DNA of 64,000 nt, taken from contig CBDCTZ010000011.1 in NCBI GenBank assembly GCA_965222375.1, positions 416,001 to 480,000 of the forward strand, given 5' to 3'. Below are positions 8,290-16,858 of the stretch, piece after piece. A program made the translations under genes and the position numbers. How positions within the stretch are numbered: position 1 is the first letter of the stretch; every line of letters begins with the position of its first letter. Origin of the DNA: Polyangiaceae bacterium (GTDB taxonomy: Bacteria > Myxococcota_A > Polyangia > Polyangiales > Polyangiaceae). The notes under the pieces are model-generated. The model did not search any database. It was not told the DNA's origin and saw only the letters and a program-made list of their open reading frames with translations.

Positions 8290-9384
8290 ATGAGAACACG
8301 TCTGCCCGAAATTGGGGTCCTGATTAGCGTCGTCGCCATCGCGGCGTGCGACGAAAAGAAAACGCCGTCGCCATCGAAGTCCGCGGCACCTGCCGCGACC
8401 AAGTCGGCGCCAGCTCCTGCAAAGCTGACTCTGCCCCATGACTTGGGGCAAGTGGCTATCCCTCAAGACAACCCGCAGACGGCTGCCAAAGTCAAACTGG
8501 GGCACCAGCTCTTCTTCGACAAGCGCCTGAGCAAGGACGGCAGTCGGTCTTGTTACTCTTGCCACATGAACGAGAACGGCAATGGTGGCAAAGAGCCCAT
8601 GGCGATCGGCGCCGGGGAAAAGCAGCTGACACGCCACAGCCCGGTGATTTGGAACGTCGGCTACCTCGGGTCCTTCTATTGGGACGGCCGCGCCGGCTCC
8701 CTCGAGGCCCAAGCCAAGGGCGCCTGGGGCGGCGGCAACATGGGTGTCGGAAAAGACAACTTGGAAAAGAAGGCGAAGGAGATCGAAAAGATCGCCGACT
8801 ACAAGAAGCAGTTCAGCGCGGTGTTTCCGAAGGAGGGAGTCACCCCAGATACGATCGCCAAGGCCATTGCCTCCTATGAGCGCACGCTGCTGTGCAACGA
8901 CACCGCCTACGACAAATACGCCAAAGGTGACAAGAAGGCCCTAAACGACGATCAGATCAAAGGGCTGGAGCTGTTCATGGGCAAGGCTGGCTGCAGTGTG
9001 TGCCACGCCCCGGCCCACTTTTCCACGGCCTATGGCGTCAAGGAGGGCGTGTACTTCAACACTGGCATCGGCACCAAAGACAAGAAGGAAGACGAGGTCG
9101 ACGTCGGTCGCCAGAAGATCAGCGAAAAAGACGCCGACTGGGCAGCTTTCAAGGTCCCCACCCTACGCAACATCAGCAAGACCGCGCCCTACTTCCACGA
9201 TGGCTCCGTCGCCACGCTCGATGAGGCAGTCAAGATCATGGCCAGCGGCGGGCACAAGAACAAGAACCTCTCACCGGTCTTGACCGACAAGAAGCTCACC
9301 GACGCGGAAGTGAAGTCCATCGTCGCGTTCTTGGGCGGACTGGATTGCGGCAAGACGCTGGAAGAGCCGGAACTGCCGAAGTAA
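8290..9384 (+). CDS. Di-heme cytochrome c peroxidase family lipoprotein
   Basis: Lipobox IAAC; LGHQLFFDKRLS, CYSCH, WDGRA, CSVCH, FKVPTLRNI..TAPYFHDGS, distal Met in VKIMA; RBS GAGGAG. Confidence 0.92.
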   Translation: MRTRLPEIGVLISVVAIAACDEKKTPSPSKSAAPAATKSAPAPAKLTLPHDLGQVAIPQDNPQTAAKVKLGHQLFFDKRLSKDGSRSCYSCHMNENGNGGKEPMAIGAGEKQLTRHSPVIWNVGYLGSFYWDGRAGSLEAQAKGAWGGGNMGVGKDNLEKKAKEIEKIADYKKQFSAVFPKEGVTPDTIAKAIASYERTLLCNDTAYDKYAKGDKKALNDDQIKGLELFMGKAGCSVCHAPAHFSTAYGVKEGVYFNTGIGTKDKKEDEVDVGRQKISEKDADWAAFKVPTLRNISKTAPYFHDGSVATLDEAVKIMASGGHKNKNLSPVLTDKKLTDAEVKSIVAFLGGLDCGKTLEEPELPK

Positions 9385-9632
9385 CGCCATGGTCGTGCGC
9401 ACGCGGCGACTCACGGAAGCGCACCGAACGATCGTTCGCGCAAGACGCGCACAACCTGAGATCCTGCATATTAGCGCGCAACTCGGCGCCACGACGATCG
9501 AGGGATGGAATTCACGGGTACAATCCCTGGATCTGCCTTTTATGCTCGGGCTGGACGTGCCGCCGCCTCGCGCTGGTGCCTCCCTGGCGTCGTGTTCCAC
9601 GGCCGAAGGCAAGATGTGGGATGTGTCCGTTC

Positions 9633-10565
9633 TCAAGGTCGACAGATTGCGGGGATCGAAAGGTCGTCAAGAACCTCCACGTTCGTCGCGGTTTTGGAGA
9701 CGCTTGGTGCTTTGGGCCTAAACGATTTTGCACCAGGCAGGCAGGTTGAATCCTTGAAGGCAATCGCGTTGCCTTGACATGCGCTCCCGGAAAACACATC
9801 GAAATTGGCGTCGTCCACAAACTCGTTGTTCATGGCGCCACACTGTGATTCGGAATACAAGGTCTCGGCAACCCAACCTGCTGGAGGCGGCTGGTACTGG
9901 TGCTCTGTTTCTAGAGGAACGCACACGGAGCCAAGACTCTTGGGAATGCAGAAGCTGTCACCGGGGCATGTCGCGCTTACCAGTGATGCGACCGGACAGT
10001 ATGTCTCATCGAACACCATCGACGGCTTGGACGGTTGGCAGGTCCAGAACAGCTGGGACTGGTCAAAGTAGCCTGACTCTCCCGCCGGAAGGTCGACGCA
10101 TGTGGTGTAGTCCTGGAGGGACGACGTGTAGCTGGGATTCTTGGGAGGAGCGCCCGTCGAATTGCACGCGCCGGAGTAGAAGCTGTACCCCGACGAGTAA
10201 CACGTGACGGGTGGACACAGCGATGGGTTGGGCATCCTGTATAGCGGGGCGGGTGGGCAGGCTTTCGCTGACGATTTCAGGATCGCCCCGACAGCAACGC
10301 CGGCCTTGGGGATGCAGTCGCAGTTGCCGCCACCCTGACCTGCGTCACCGCCTAGACCTCCGATTCCCCCAGTGCCTCCGCCGCCTAGACCCCCAATTCC
10401 CCCAGTGCCTCCGCCGCCTAGCCCCCCGGTACCCCCGCCTGCGAGGCCTGCGCTGCCCGCTGCGTTCCCCGAGCCACTCCCATCACTGCTACACGCCGGC
10501 AGCGTGGCGGCTACGACGACTACGCTGCTGAGAGTCGTGATCCAACATGCCGTGAATGTGCCCAT
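9633..10565 (-). CDS. Gly-rich/Cys-rich lipoprotein of unknown function
   Basis: Lipobox LPAC, GGGGTGGIGGL repeats, many Cys; RBS GAGGAG; sigma-54 promoter upstream. Confidence 0.7.
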   Translation of the reverse strand: MGTFTACWITTLSSVVVVAATLPACSSDGSGSGNAAGSAGLAGGGTGGLGGGGTGGIGGLGGGGTGGIGGLGGDAGQGGGNCDCIPKAGVAVGAILKSSAKACPPAPLYRMPNPSLCPPVTCYSSGYSFYSGACNSTGAPPKNPSYTSSLQDYTTCVDLPAGESGYFDQSQLFWTCQPSKPSMVFDETYCPVASLVSATCPGDSFCIPKSLGSVCVPLETEHQYQPPPAGWVAETLYSESQCGAMNNEFVDDANFDVFSGSACQGNAIAFKDSTCLPGAKSFRPKAPSVSKTATNVEVLDDLSIPAICRP

Positions 10566-10618
10566 TGCAAGCTCCTCTCGAAAGGTCGGCAGTAACCACC
10601 CACTCGACTTCGTTACAA

Positions 10619-10634
10619 CGCAACACGCGTGCCA
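10619..10634 (-). promoter_or_regulatory. Sigma-54 (-24/-12) promoter
   Basis: Minus strand TGGCACGCGTGTTGCG = GG-N10-GC, about 55 nt upstream of ATG 10565. Confidence 0.7.
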
Positions 10635-11081
10635 TGTACAAGCGACGCAATCATGTGGATTTGGTACACATTTTCGGACCTATCAGCCACGCACAAGCTG
10701 GTACGTGCCTGGCGCCTCAGTCCGGTGGTCGGGTTCAGCGTACCGGCCGAACGCCGCAAAACGGCGAACCTCGTCCCGCAGATGATGGGACATCGGCGCG
10801 GCTCAGCTGATCCCGACAAGAACGTCGAGGCCACCGCGCGCACAGGTCTCCCCTGAGTTCCCCCGCTAGAGCCCTCGGCCACTCACCCGAACATGGCTTA
10901 AGGCTTGTGGGCGATGTAGACGAGTAGCAGTCTCATTTCGCCCAGCGGAGCGGACACCATCTCTCCACCGATCTGCAGGCCAAGCGCATACTTGAAGTTG
11001 AAGCTATGGACACTGCGAGAGGTCGATGGGCACAGCGTAGAGCTCTAGCGCGCCCCAGCGGTCATCGGGCCAGACCCACTA

Positions 11082-12353
11082 TTAGCTTCTTAGCGCGCCT
11101 CGGGCCGCTTCGATCGTTGCGTCGATGTCCGCGTCCGTATGAGCTGCGCTGATGAACGCGGCTTCGAATGCCGATGCGGGCCAGTACACGCCCTTGGCCA
11201 GCAGGCCCGCGTGGAACTTGGCGAAGCGATCCCGATCCGTCGCACCCGAGTCTTGCCAGTTTCGGATCGGCCCGGGGTGGAAGAAGAGCGTGATCATCGA
11301 ACCCACACGCTGCACACACGCGCTCAGCTTGGTCTCGGCGATTGCTGCTTCGAGGCCGGCTTGTAGGCGTGCTCCCAGCTGTTCGAGCGTGTCGTACACT
11401 TCTGGGGTCAGGCGCTGCAGCGTAGCGAGGCCCGCGCTGACTGCGGCCGGGTTGCCGCTCAAAGTCCCCGCTTGGTACACGGGCCCGACCGGTGCGATCT
11501 TCTCCATTACGTCCCGACGCCCACCGTAAACGGCCAGGGGCATGCCGCCACCAACCACTTTGCCCAGGCAAGTCAGGTCCGGGCGGATTGAGAAGCGTTC
11601 CTGAGCTCCGCCTCGGGCCAAGCGGCAGCCGGTCATGACTTCGTCGAAAATCAGCAGCGCGCCATGCTTTTCAGTCACTGCGCGTAGGGCTTCGAGATAG
11701 CCGTCGACGGGCGGTACGCAACCCATGTTGCCGACCACGGGCTCCACGATGACGGCAGCAATGTCCTTGCCTCGCTCGTCGAAAAGGGCACTGAGCGCCT
11801 CTGCGTCATTGAAACCCAAGTTGATGGTCTTTTCGACGATGCTCTTTGGCACGCCGGCGGAGTCCGGGGTGCCAAAGGTTGCAGCGCCGCTGCCAGCAGC
11901 GACGAGCAACGCATCCGAATGGCCGTGGTAGCAGCCATCGAACTTCACGAATAAGTCACGGCCCGTGAAGCCGCGTGCCGCCCTCAGCGCACTCATGGTC
12001 GCCTCGGTGCCGCTGGATACGCAGCGCATCATCTCGATGTTCGGGTACACCTGGGTAATGGTCTCGGCAAAGCGCACCTCCAGCTCCGTGGGCGCGCCGA
12101 AGGACAGACCTCGCTCGGCCGCCGCCTGAACGCTGCGAACTACGTCGGGCTGGGCGTGGCCCAAGATCGCGGGGCCCCAGGAGCCGACGTAGTCGATGTA
12201 CTCTCGATCATCGACATCCCACAAGCGGGCCCCCGACGCATTCGCGATGAAGGGTGGGTGGCCACCGACGGCGCGGTAGGCGCGGACGGGGCTGTTGACC
12301 CCGCCGGGCATGAGTTTCTCTGCGCGCTCCAGCAGTGCGGCGTTCTTCGACAT
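11082..12353 (-). CDS. hemL: Glutamate-1-semialdehyde 2,1-aminomutase
   Basis: MPGGVNSPVRA, SGTEATMSA, FDEVMTG, LGKVVGGGMP, YQAGTLSGNP. Confidence 0.97.
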   Translation of the reverse strand: MSKNAALLERAEKLMPGGVNSPVRAYRAVGGHPPFIANASGARLWDVDDREYIDYVGSWGPAILGHAQPDVVRSVQAAAERGLSFGAPTELEVRFAETITQVYPNIEMMRCVSSGTEATMSALRAARGFTGRDLFVKFDGCYHGHSDALLVAAGSGAATFGTPDSAGVPKSIVEKTINLGFNDAEALSALFDERGKDIAAVIVEPVVGNMGCVPPVDGYLEALRAVTEKHGALLIFDEVMTGCRLARGGAQERFSIRPDLTCLGKVVGGGMPLAVYGGRRDVMEKIAPVGPVYQAGTLSGNPAAVSAGLATLQRLTPEVYDTLEQLGARLQAGLEAAIAETKLSACVQRVGSMITLFFHPGPIRNWQDSGATDRDRFAKFHAGLLAKGVYWPASAFEAAFISAAHTDADIDATIEAARGALRS

Positions 12354-12481
12354 GGCTCGGTCATAGCCCGATCGCGTCGGGCTTGGGAGAGCTCTCGGTC
12401 GAGCTTTTATCGCGAGCCGGCGTTTCCGGTGGGATTTGACGACTGCGAGCCGCAGGGTGAGGATGCCTGTCGCTAAGTCCC

Positions 12482-13483
12482 GTGACTACCGCAGCCTCCG
12501 CTCAAGCTACCGAAGCGCTACAGCCCGGCGCCCAGCTGGGGCCCTACAGGCTGCTGTGTGCGGTCGCGCAAGGCGGCATGGCGCGGGTTTGGGCCGCGCG
12601 GCATCAGCCGTCCGCCACCATCGTGGCAGTGAAGACGATTCGGCCGGAGTATGCTGCAGACCCGGGTTTTCAGTCGTTGTTCATGGACGAAGCCCGCTAC
12701 GCCTCGAGCGTGAAGCATCCGGCCGTGGCGCATGTTTTCGGCCTGGGAGAGTCCGGAGGCGTGTTGTTCATTGCGATGGAGTGGGTGGTTGGCGAAAGCC
12801 TGGCGCGCATCTTGAAGCCCAACAAAGGAGCACCGACGGAGCCCATCCCTCCGGTGATGGCCGCGCGACTCATCGCTGATGCTTGCGAGGCACTGCACGC
12901 AGCCCACGAAATCAAAGATGAAGAAGGTCGAACCATCCGCCTTGTGCATTGCGATGTGTCGCTGCAAAACCTACTCGTCACCATGGACGGGGGCGTTAAG
13001 CTCGTCGATTTCGGAGTTGCCCGCGCGTTGCGCGCTCAATCAGCTTCTGACATACCGAAGCGGGACGGCAAGGCGGCGTACATGGCGCCGGAGCACGCGG
13101 CGGGCAAACACGTCAGCCGTTTGAGTGATGTGTTCACGCTGGGGATTTGCCTGTACGAGATTTCTACGGGCGTGCGCCCATTCTCGGCCGGATCTTGGGA
13201 TGCGACGATCGAGCGCCTGCTCGCGGGGGAGTTCCAGTCGCCCGAGGAGATCATCCCGGACTATCCGCCGGCGCTGGCTAGAATCCTCGCCCGGGCCATG
13301 GCGCCATCCCCCGCGCACCGCTTTCCCTCGGCGATGCGCATGCGCGCGGCGCTGGAGGACTTCTTGCGGGTTGCCAGGGTCCGCGCGGGCGCCCAAGAAG
13401 TGGCGGCCTTCCTGCGCCATCGCGCCGGTCGCCTGATCGACGAGCGGGAAGCCCACATCGCGCGCCAAGGCCAGGGCGGATGA
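12482..13483 (+). CDS. Hanks-type Ser/Thr protein kinase (non-RD, HCD loop)
   Basis: GGMARV, VAVK, HCDVSLQN, DFG, YMAPE. Confidence 0.9.
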   Translation: MTTAASAQATEALQPGAQLGPYRLLCAVAQGGMARVWAARHQPSATIVAVKTIRPEYAADPGFQSLFMDEARYASSVKHPAVAHVFGLGESGGVLFIAMEWVVGESLARILKPNKGAPTEPIPPVMAARLIADACEALHAAHEIKDEEGRTIRLVHCDVSLQNLLVTMDGGVKLVDFGVARALRAQSASDIPKRDGKAAYMAPEHAAGKHVSRLSDVFTLGICLYEISTGVRPFSAGSWDATIERLLAGEFQSPEEIIPDYPPALARILARAMAPSPAHRFPSAMRMRAALEDFLRVARVRAGAQEVAAFLRHRAGRLIDEREAHIARQGQGG

Positions 13484-13592
13484 CGGCTCGGCGGAACTTT
13501 CCACCCTGGCAAAAACCCGAAATTGAGGCTGTTCGACGCGTCTCAAATGTCCCACAATGTAGGTAGCTGTCGCACACGAAAGGCAAACCCTC

Positions 13593-15209
13593 ATGCGCTC
13601 CACGATTCGCATTGCTTCGCTTCTGTTGGTATCCGGCCTGGCCCTTTGCGTCGGGGCGTGTTCCGCCAGTGACGACCCGGCGCCGGGAAGCGTAGCTGGG
13701 GACTCACCCTTCCAGTACGTGCCGCCGGGCAAGGCCGACGACTACCGCAGCACCAAGGGCAGCGAATACTCCCTGATCGCCCTCGACAGCATCACGCTCC
13801 CCAGCGAGGACCTGGCTCTAACGGGCGCTGAGCGACAAGCGCGGGCCGAAGAGTTGGTGCAGTTGCGCTTCAAGGCCCTCAGCTTCTTCATCTATGCCTA
13901 CCTGGGTGCCAAGAGCCGCAGCGACTCCAACTACGGATACGGCGGGTTCCGAACCACCGTGCGTCAGAAGACCTTTCAGAGCCAGGACATCACTGAGCGG
14001 GCCGGGGAGCCAGGCACTTACGACTTCATCTTCGAAGCCGAAGTTGGTGGTCCCAAGGACTTGCTCAGCAAGCTTCCTCTCACCGACAAGACCTTTCCTC
14101 TCACATTGCCCATCCTGACCACGGCTGAAGTCGAGTCGGGCAGCTACTCCTCGAAGTACAAGAAATTCGACCCTTCTGCGCATGCGCCAGAAGATCTGAC
14201 CAGCGTGGACGTGGAGATCGAAGAAAAGCCGTCGGAGCCGGATGCGTACCCGGAATACGCCGCGATGTTCGACGACGGATTGCTTGATGTCGCGATTCAC
14301 GTTGGCGGTGACTACAACGACGCCCGCTACGACCTGTCGACGGCCCGCGCCATCTTCGACCGACTGCAATCGGATCTCGACTTAGAAGCGCCTGTCGCCA
14401 GCTTTGACGATCTCAAGATCGACAGCGGCCCCTTCACCGGCAGGTTCGATTCGAATGGCAGCTCCGTGGATTTCCATGTCTATCTGATTCACCCAGACAT
14501 GAACAAAGAAGAAGGCGTGGGCTATCAGGGCCTGATCGACTCCTACAAGGCCAGCGCCGCAGTGCGCGACATCGTGATCTACGACGGACACGCGGGCTAC
14601 AACACGTCCTACAGCGGAATCGTCGTTCATTACAACCCGCGGCACGCCATTGCCGCTGACGACTTCGACACTCTCGATCTGCCCGACAAGTACCAGCTGT
14701 TCTTCTTCAACGGCTGCAAGACCTACACGTCTTACGCGGACGCGATGTACGACCACCCCGCCAAGAACAGCAAGAACCTCGACGTCATCACCACGGTCAA
14801 CTTCTCCTGGTTGTCGGAGATGACCCGGGTCACCACAGACTTCTTGAAGACCACGGTAGACACATCCGCCGGCACTCACGCGCCGCGCAGCTACGACCAA
14901 ACCCTGGGCAAATTGAACAGCGGCGGCAGTTGGGACGTCATCTACGGTGTGCACGGCCTCTCGGACAATCCCCGGATTTCGCCCTATGCGGACGCGGCGT
15001 CCCTCTGCTCTTCTTGCGATACCAACTCGGCCTGCCCCGGCGTCGACAATCTCTGCCTCAAGCTGTCACCAACCGCTGCCTACTGTGCGGTGGCGTGCAC
15101 CGACGACAGCGGTTGCCCTGAGGGCTATTCCTGCCAGTCCGCCGCAGCGTCCGGCAGCAGCGTCATCAGCTCCAGCCAGTGCGTGCCCAAAGCCCAGACC
15201 TGCAACTAG
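13593..15209 (+). CDS. Lipoprotein with GKAD motif, possible His/Cys protease-like domain and Cys-rich C-terminus
   Basis: Lipobox VGAC, GKADD, YDGHAG...FFNGC, C-terminal Cys cluster; strong GC3 coding bias. Confidence 0.75.
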   Translation: MRSTIRIASLLLVSGLALCVGACSASDDPAPGSVAGDSPFQYVPPGKADDYRSTKGSEYSLIALDSITLPSEDLALTGAERQARAEELVQLRFKALSFFIYAYLGAKSRSDSNYGYGGFRTTVRQKTFQSQDITERAGEPGTYDFIFEAEVGGPKDLLSKLPLTDKTFPLTLPILTTAEVESGSYSSKYKKFDPSAHAPEDLTSVDVEIEEKPSEPDAYPEYAAMFDDGLLDVAIHVGGDYNDARYDLSTARAIFDRLQSDLDLEAPVASFDDLKIDSGPFTGRFDSNGSSVDFHVYLIHPDMNKEEGVGYQGLIDSYKASAAVRDIVIYDGHAGYNTSYSGIVVHYNPRHAIAADDFDTLDLPDKYQLFFFNGCKTYTSYADAMYDHPAKNSKNLDVITTVNFSWLSEMTRVTTDFLKTTVDTSAGTHAPRSYDQTLGKLNSGGSWDVIYGVHGLSDNPRISPYADAASLCSSCDTNSACPGVDNLCLKLSPTAAYCAVACTDDSGCPEGYSCQSAAASGSSVISSSQCVPKAQTCN

Positions 15210-15410
15210 TTGCATCGATTCTGTTGGATCGCTGCAACTAGCTCTGTTTGTCGGGAGCACAGCTCCCGCCCCGCGGAAGTGAATTCCGCGGGGCCCCACC
15301 CTCAGGTTTCGGGGCCCCACCCCGAAACAGCCGTTGAGTTCGGGGTGGGTGTCGACACGCGTCGTTGCGTGCGAGACCACGGTGCTTGACTCCGGGGCCC
15401 GGCCCCGGAA

Positions 15411-15890
15411 ATGTGCCTGTTCATGACCACCGATGCGGCTGATCCGGGGCTGTTGCAGGCGCAGCCGCAGAGTGAAGACGCGGATGCGGCACCAAGTCAG
15501 GGCGCTGAATACGAGTTTCAGCAAACCGAGAACTTGGTGATCGGCGCCTGCGCTCACAGTGCACGGATCTTCGGGATCCTGTGCACCATCAGTGGCGTCG
15601 TGCATGTCGTGGCGGTTGCCATGGCCCTCGCGGGTGTGATCGAGGCCAGTGGGATCATTTACTTGCTGCCGACGGCGGTGTTCAACATCGTGCTCGGTAT
15701 CCTGCTGTTTCGTGCCAGCACTGCCCTGAGCAAGGTAGTGACTACGGCCGGCAGCGATGTCACTTTGATGATGTCCGCCCTCACGAATCTATCAAAAGCC
15801 TTCGTGGTGCAGATCGTGCTGACGGTGGTGGTGCTCGTCGCGATTACGGGCACCATCGTCGCGCTCGCATTAGCTGCGCGAATGACTTGA
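15411..15890 (+). CDS. Small multi-pass membrane protein (DUF5362-like)
   Basis: YEFxxxENxVI motif then three hydrophobic segments; alternative start ATG 15423. Confidence 0.65.
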   Translation: MCLFMTTDAADPGLLQAQPQSEDADAAPSQGAEYEFQQTENLVIGACAHSARIFGILCTISGVVHVVAVAMALAGVIEASGIIYLLPTAVFNIVLGILLFRASTALSKVVTTAGSDVTLMMSALTNLSKAFVVQIVLTVVVLVAITGTIVALALAARMT

Positions 15891-15937
15891 GCGCCGCGGC
15901 CCTTGACCGTCCTGGTCTAAAGGGTCAGCGTTAGGCC

Positions 15938-16828
15938 ATGCGCGGGTGGATTCTTGGGGCTGCAGCCCTGCTAGTTGGCGGTGTTGCCGCCTGTGGGGCC
16001 AGCTCAGCCAACGATGGGCCCGGGGGCGGCGCCAGCGGTGGCAAGGGTGGAAGCAGCGCGAGCGGAGGCACCGGCGGCGGCATCGTCCTCGACTCCGGAA
16101 CGGGTGGAGGCGCCGGGGACGGCGGCGTGTGCGAGCAGAGCGTCGACGTGGTGTTCGTCATGGATGTTTCCACGTCCATGGGGCCATTCCTTTCGCGGCT
16201 TGCCAGCGAGATCGAAGTCGTGGACACGGCGGTGCAAGGGCTCGGGCTTCCGGCGCCGCCGCGCTACGGCCTGGCCGTATTCGTCGATGACGTGTTGATG
16301 GTCAACAATGGTCAGCCCTACACGGACGCCAAGGCGTTGAAGGCGGATTTCGAAAAGTGGAGTGGATTTACCTCCAGCAACAAGCAGGTCGGCTCCTCGA
16401 TTTCCAACACCACCTTCCCCGAAAACAGCCTGGACGCCCTGTACGCGGCGGCTGCACAGTTCGCTTGGCGGCCCTTGGGCAGCGTGCAGCGCTTGATCAT
16501 TCACACGACCGACGACACTTTTTGGCAGGGTCCAGGGACCAAGAACAGCGTCAACGTCCTGCACAACTACGGTGAGGTTCAGCAGATCCTCCAGAAGAAT
16601 CAGATCCGAGTCTTTTCCTTCGCGGAGAAGCTGGGCGGCTCTTGTGAATGCGAGGATGTGACTGCGGGGTGGTTTGGTCCCTATGTGGGTTCGCCGTCGC
16701 TGCCGAGTTCCACGGGTGGTGGGGTGTTCGAGTTGAACCAAGTCATGAGCAATCAGACCTCGCTCTCCGCGAGCATCAACGGTGCCGTCGACGGCAGCTT
16801 GTGCCAGCCGTATCCCACGCCTCGCTAG
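15938..16828 (+). CDS. VWA-domain lipoprotein
   Basis: Lipobox VAAC, Gly linker, MIDAS DVSTS (DxSxS), PENSLDAL, IIHTTDD. Confidence 0.85.
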   Translation: MRGWILGAAALLVGGVAACGASSANDGPGGGASGGKGGSSASGGTGGGIVLDSGTGGGAGDGGVCEQSVDVVFVMDVSTSMGPFLSRLASEIEVVDTAVQGLGLPAPPRYGLAVFVDDVLMVNNGQPYTDAKALKADFEKWSGFTSSNKQVGSSISNTTFPENSLDALYAAAAQFAWRPLGSVQRLIIHTTDDTFWQGPGTKNSVNVLHNYGEVQQILQKNQIRVFSFAEKLGGSCECEDVTAGWFGPYVGSPSLPSSTGGGVFELNQVMSNQTSLSASINGAVDGSLCQPYPTPR

Positions 16829-16858
16829 CCCGAGCCGCGCGCTGAAGAGCGCTCAGGC

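Noticed and set aside
9389..9721. 110-aa plus-strand ORF after the peroxidase gene
   Set aside because: No recognisable motif, overlaps the convergent lipoprotein gene, weak coding signal
10640..11080. Hidden gene or ncRNA in the gap before hemL
   Set aside because: Only short stop-interrupted frames and no recognisable RNA motif
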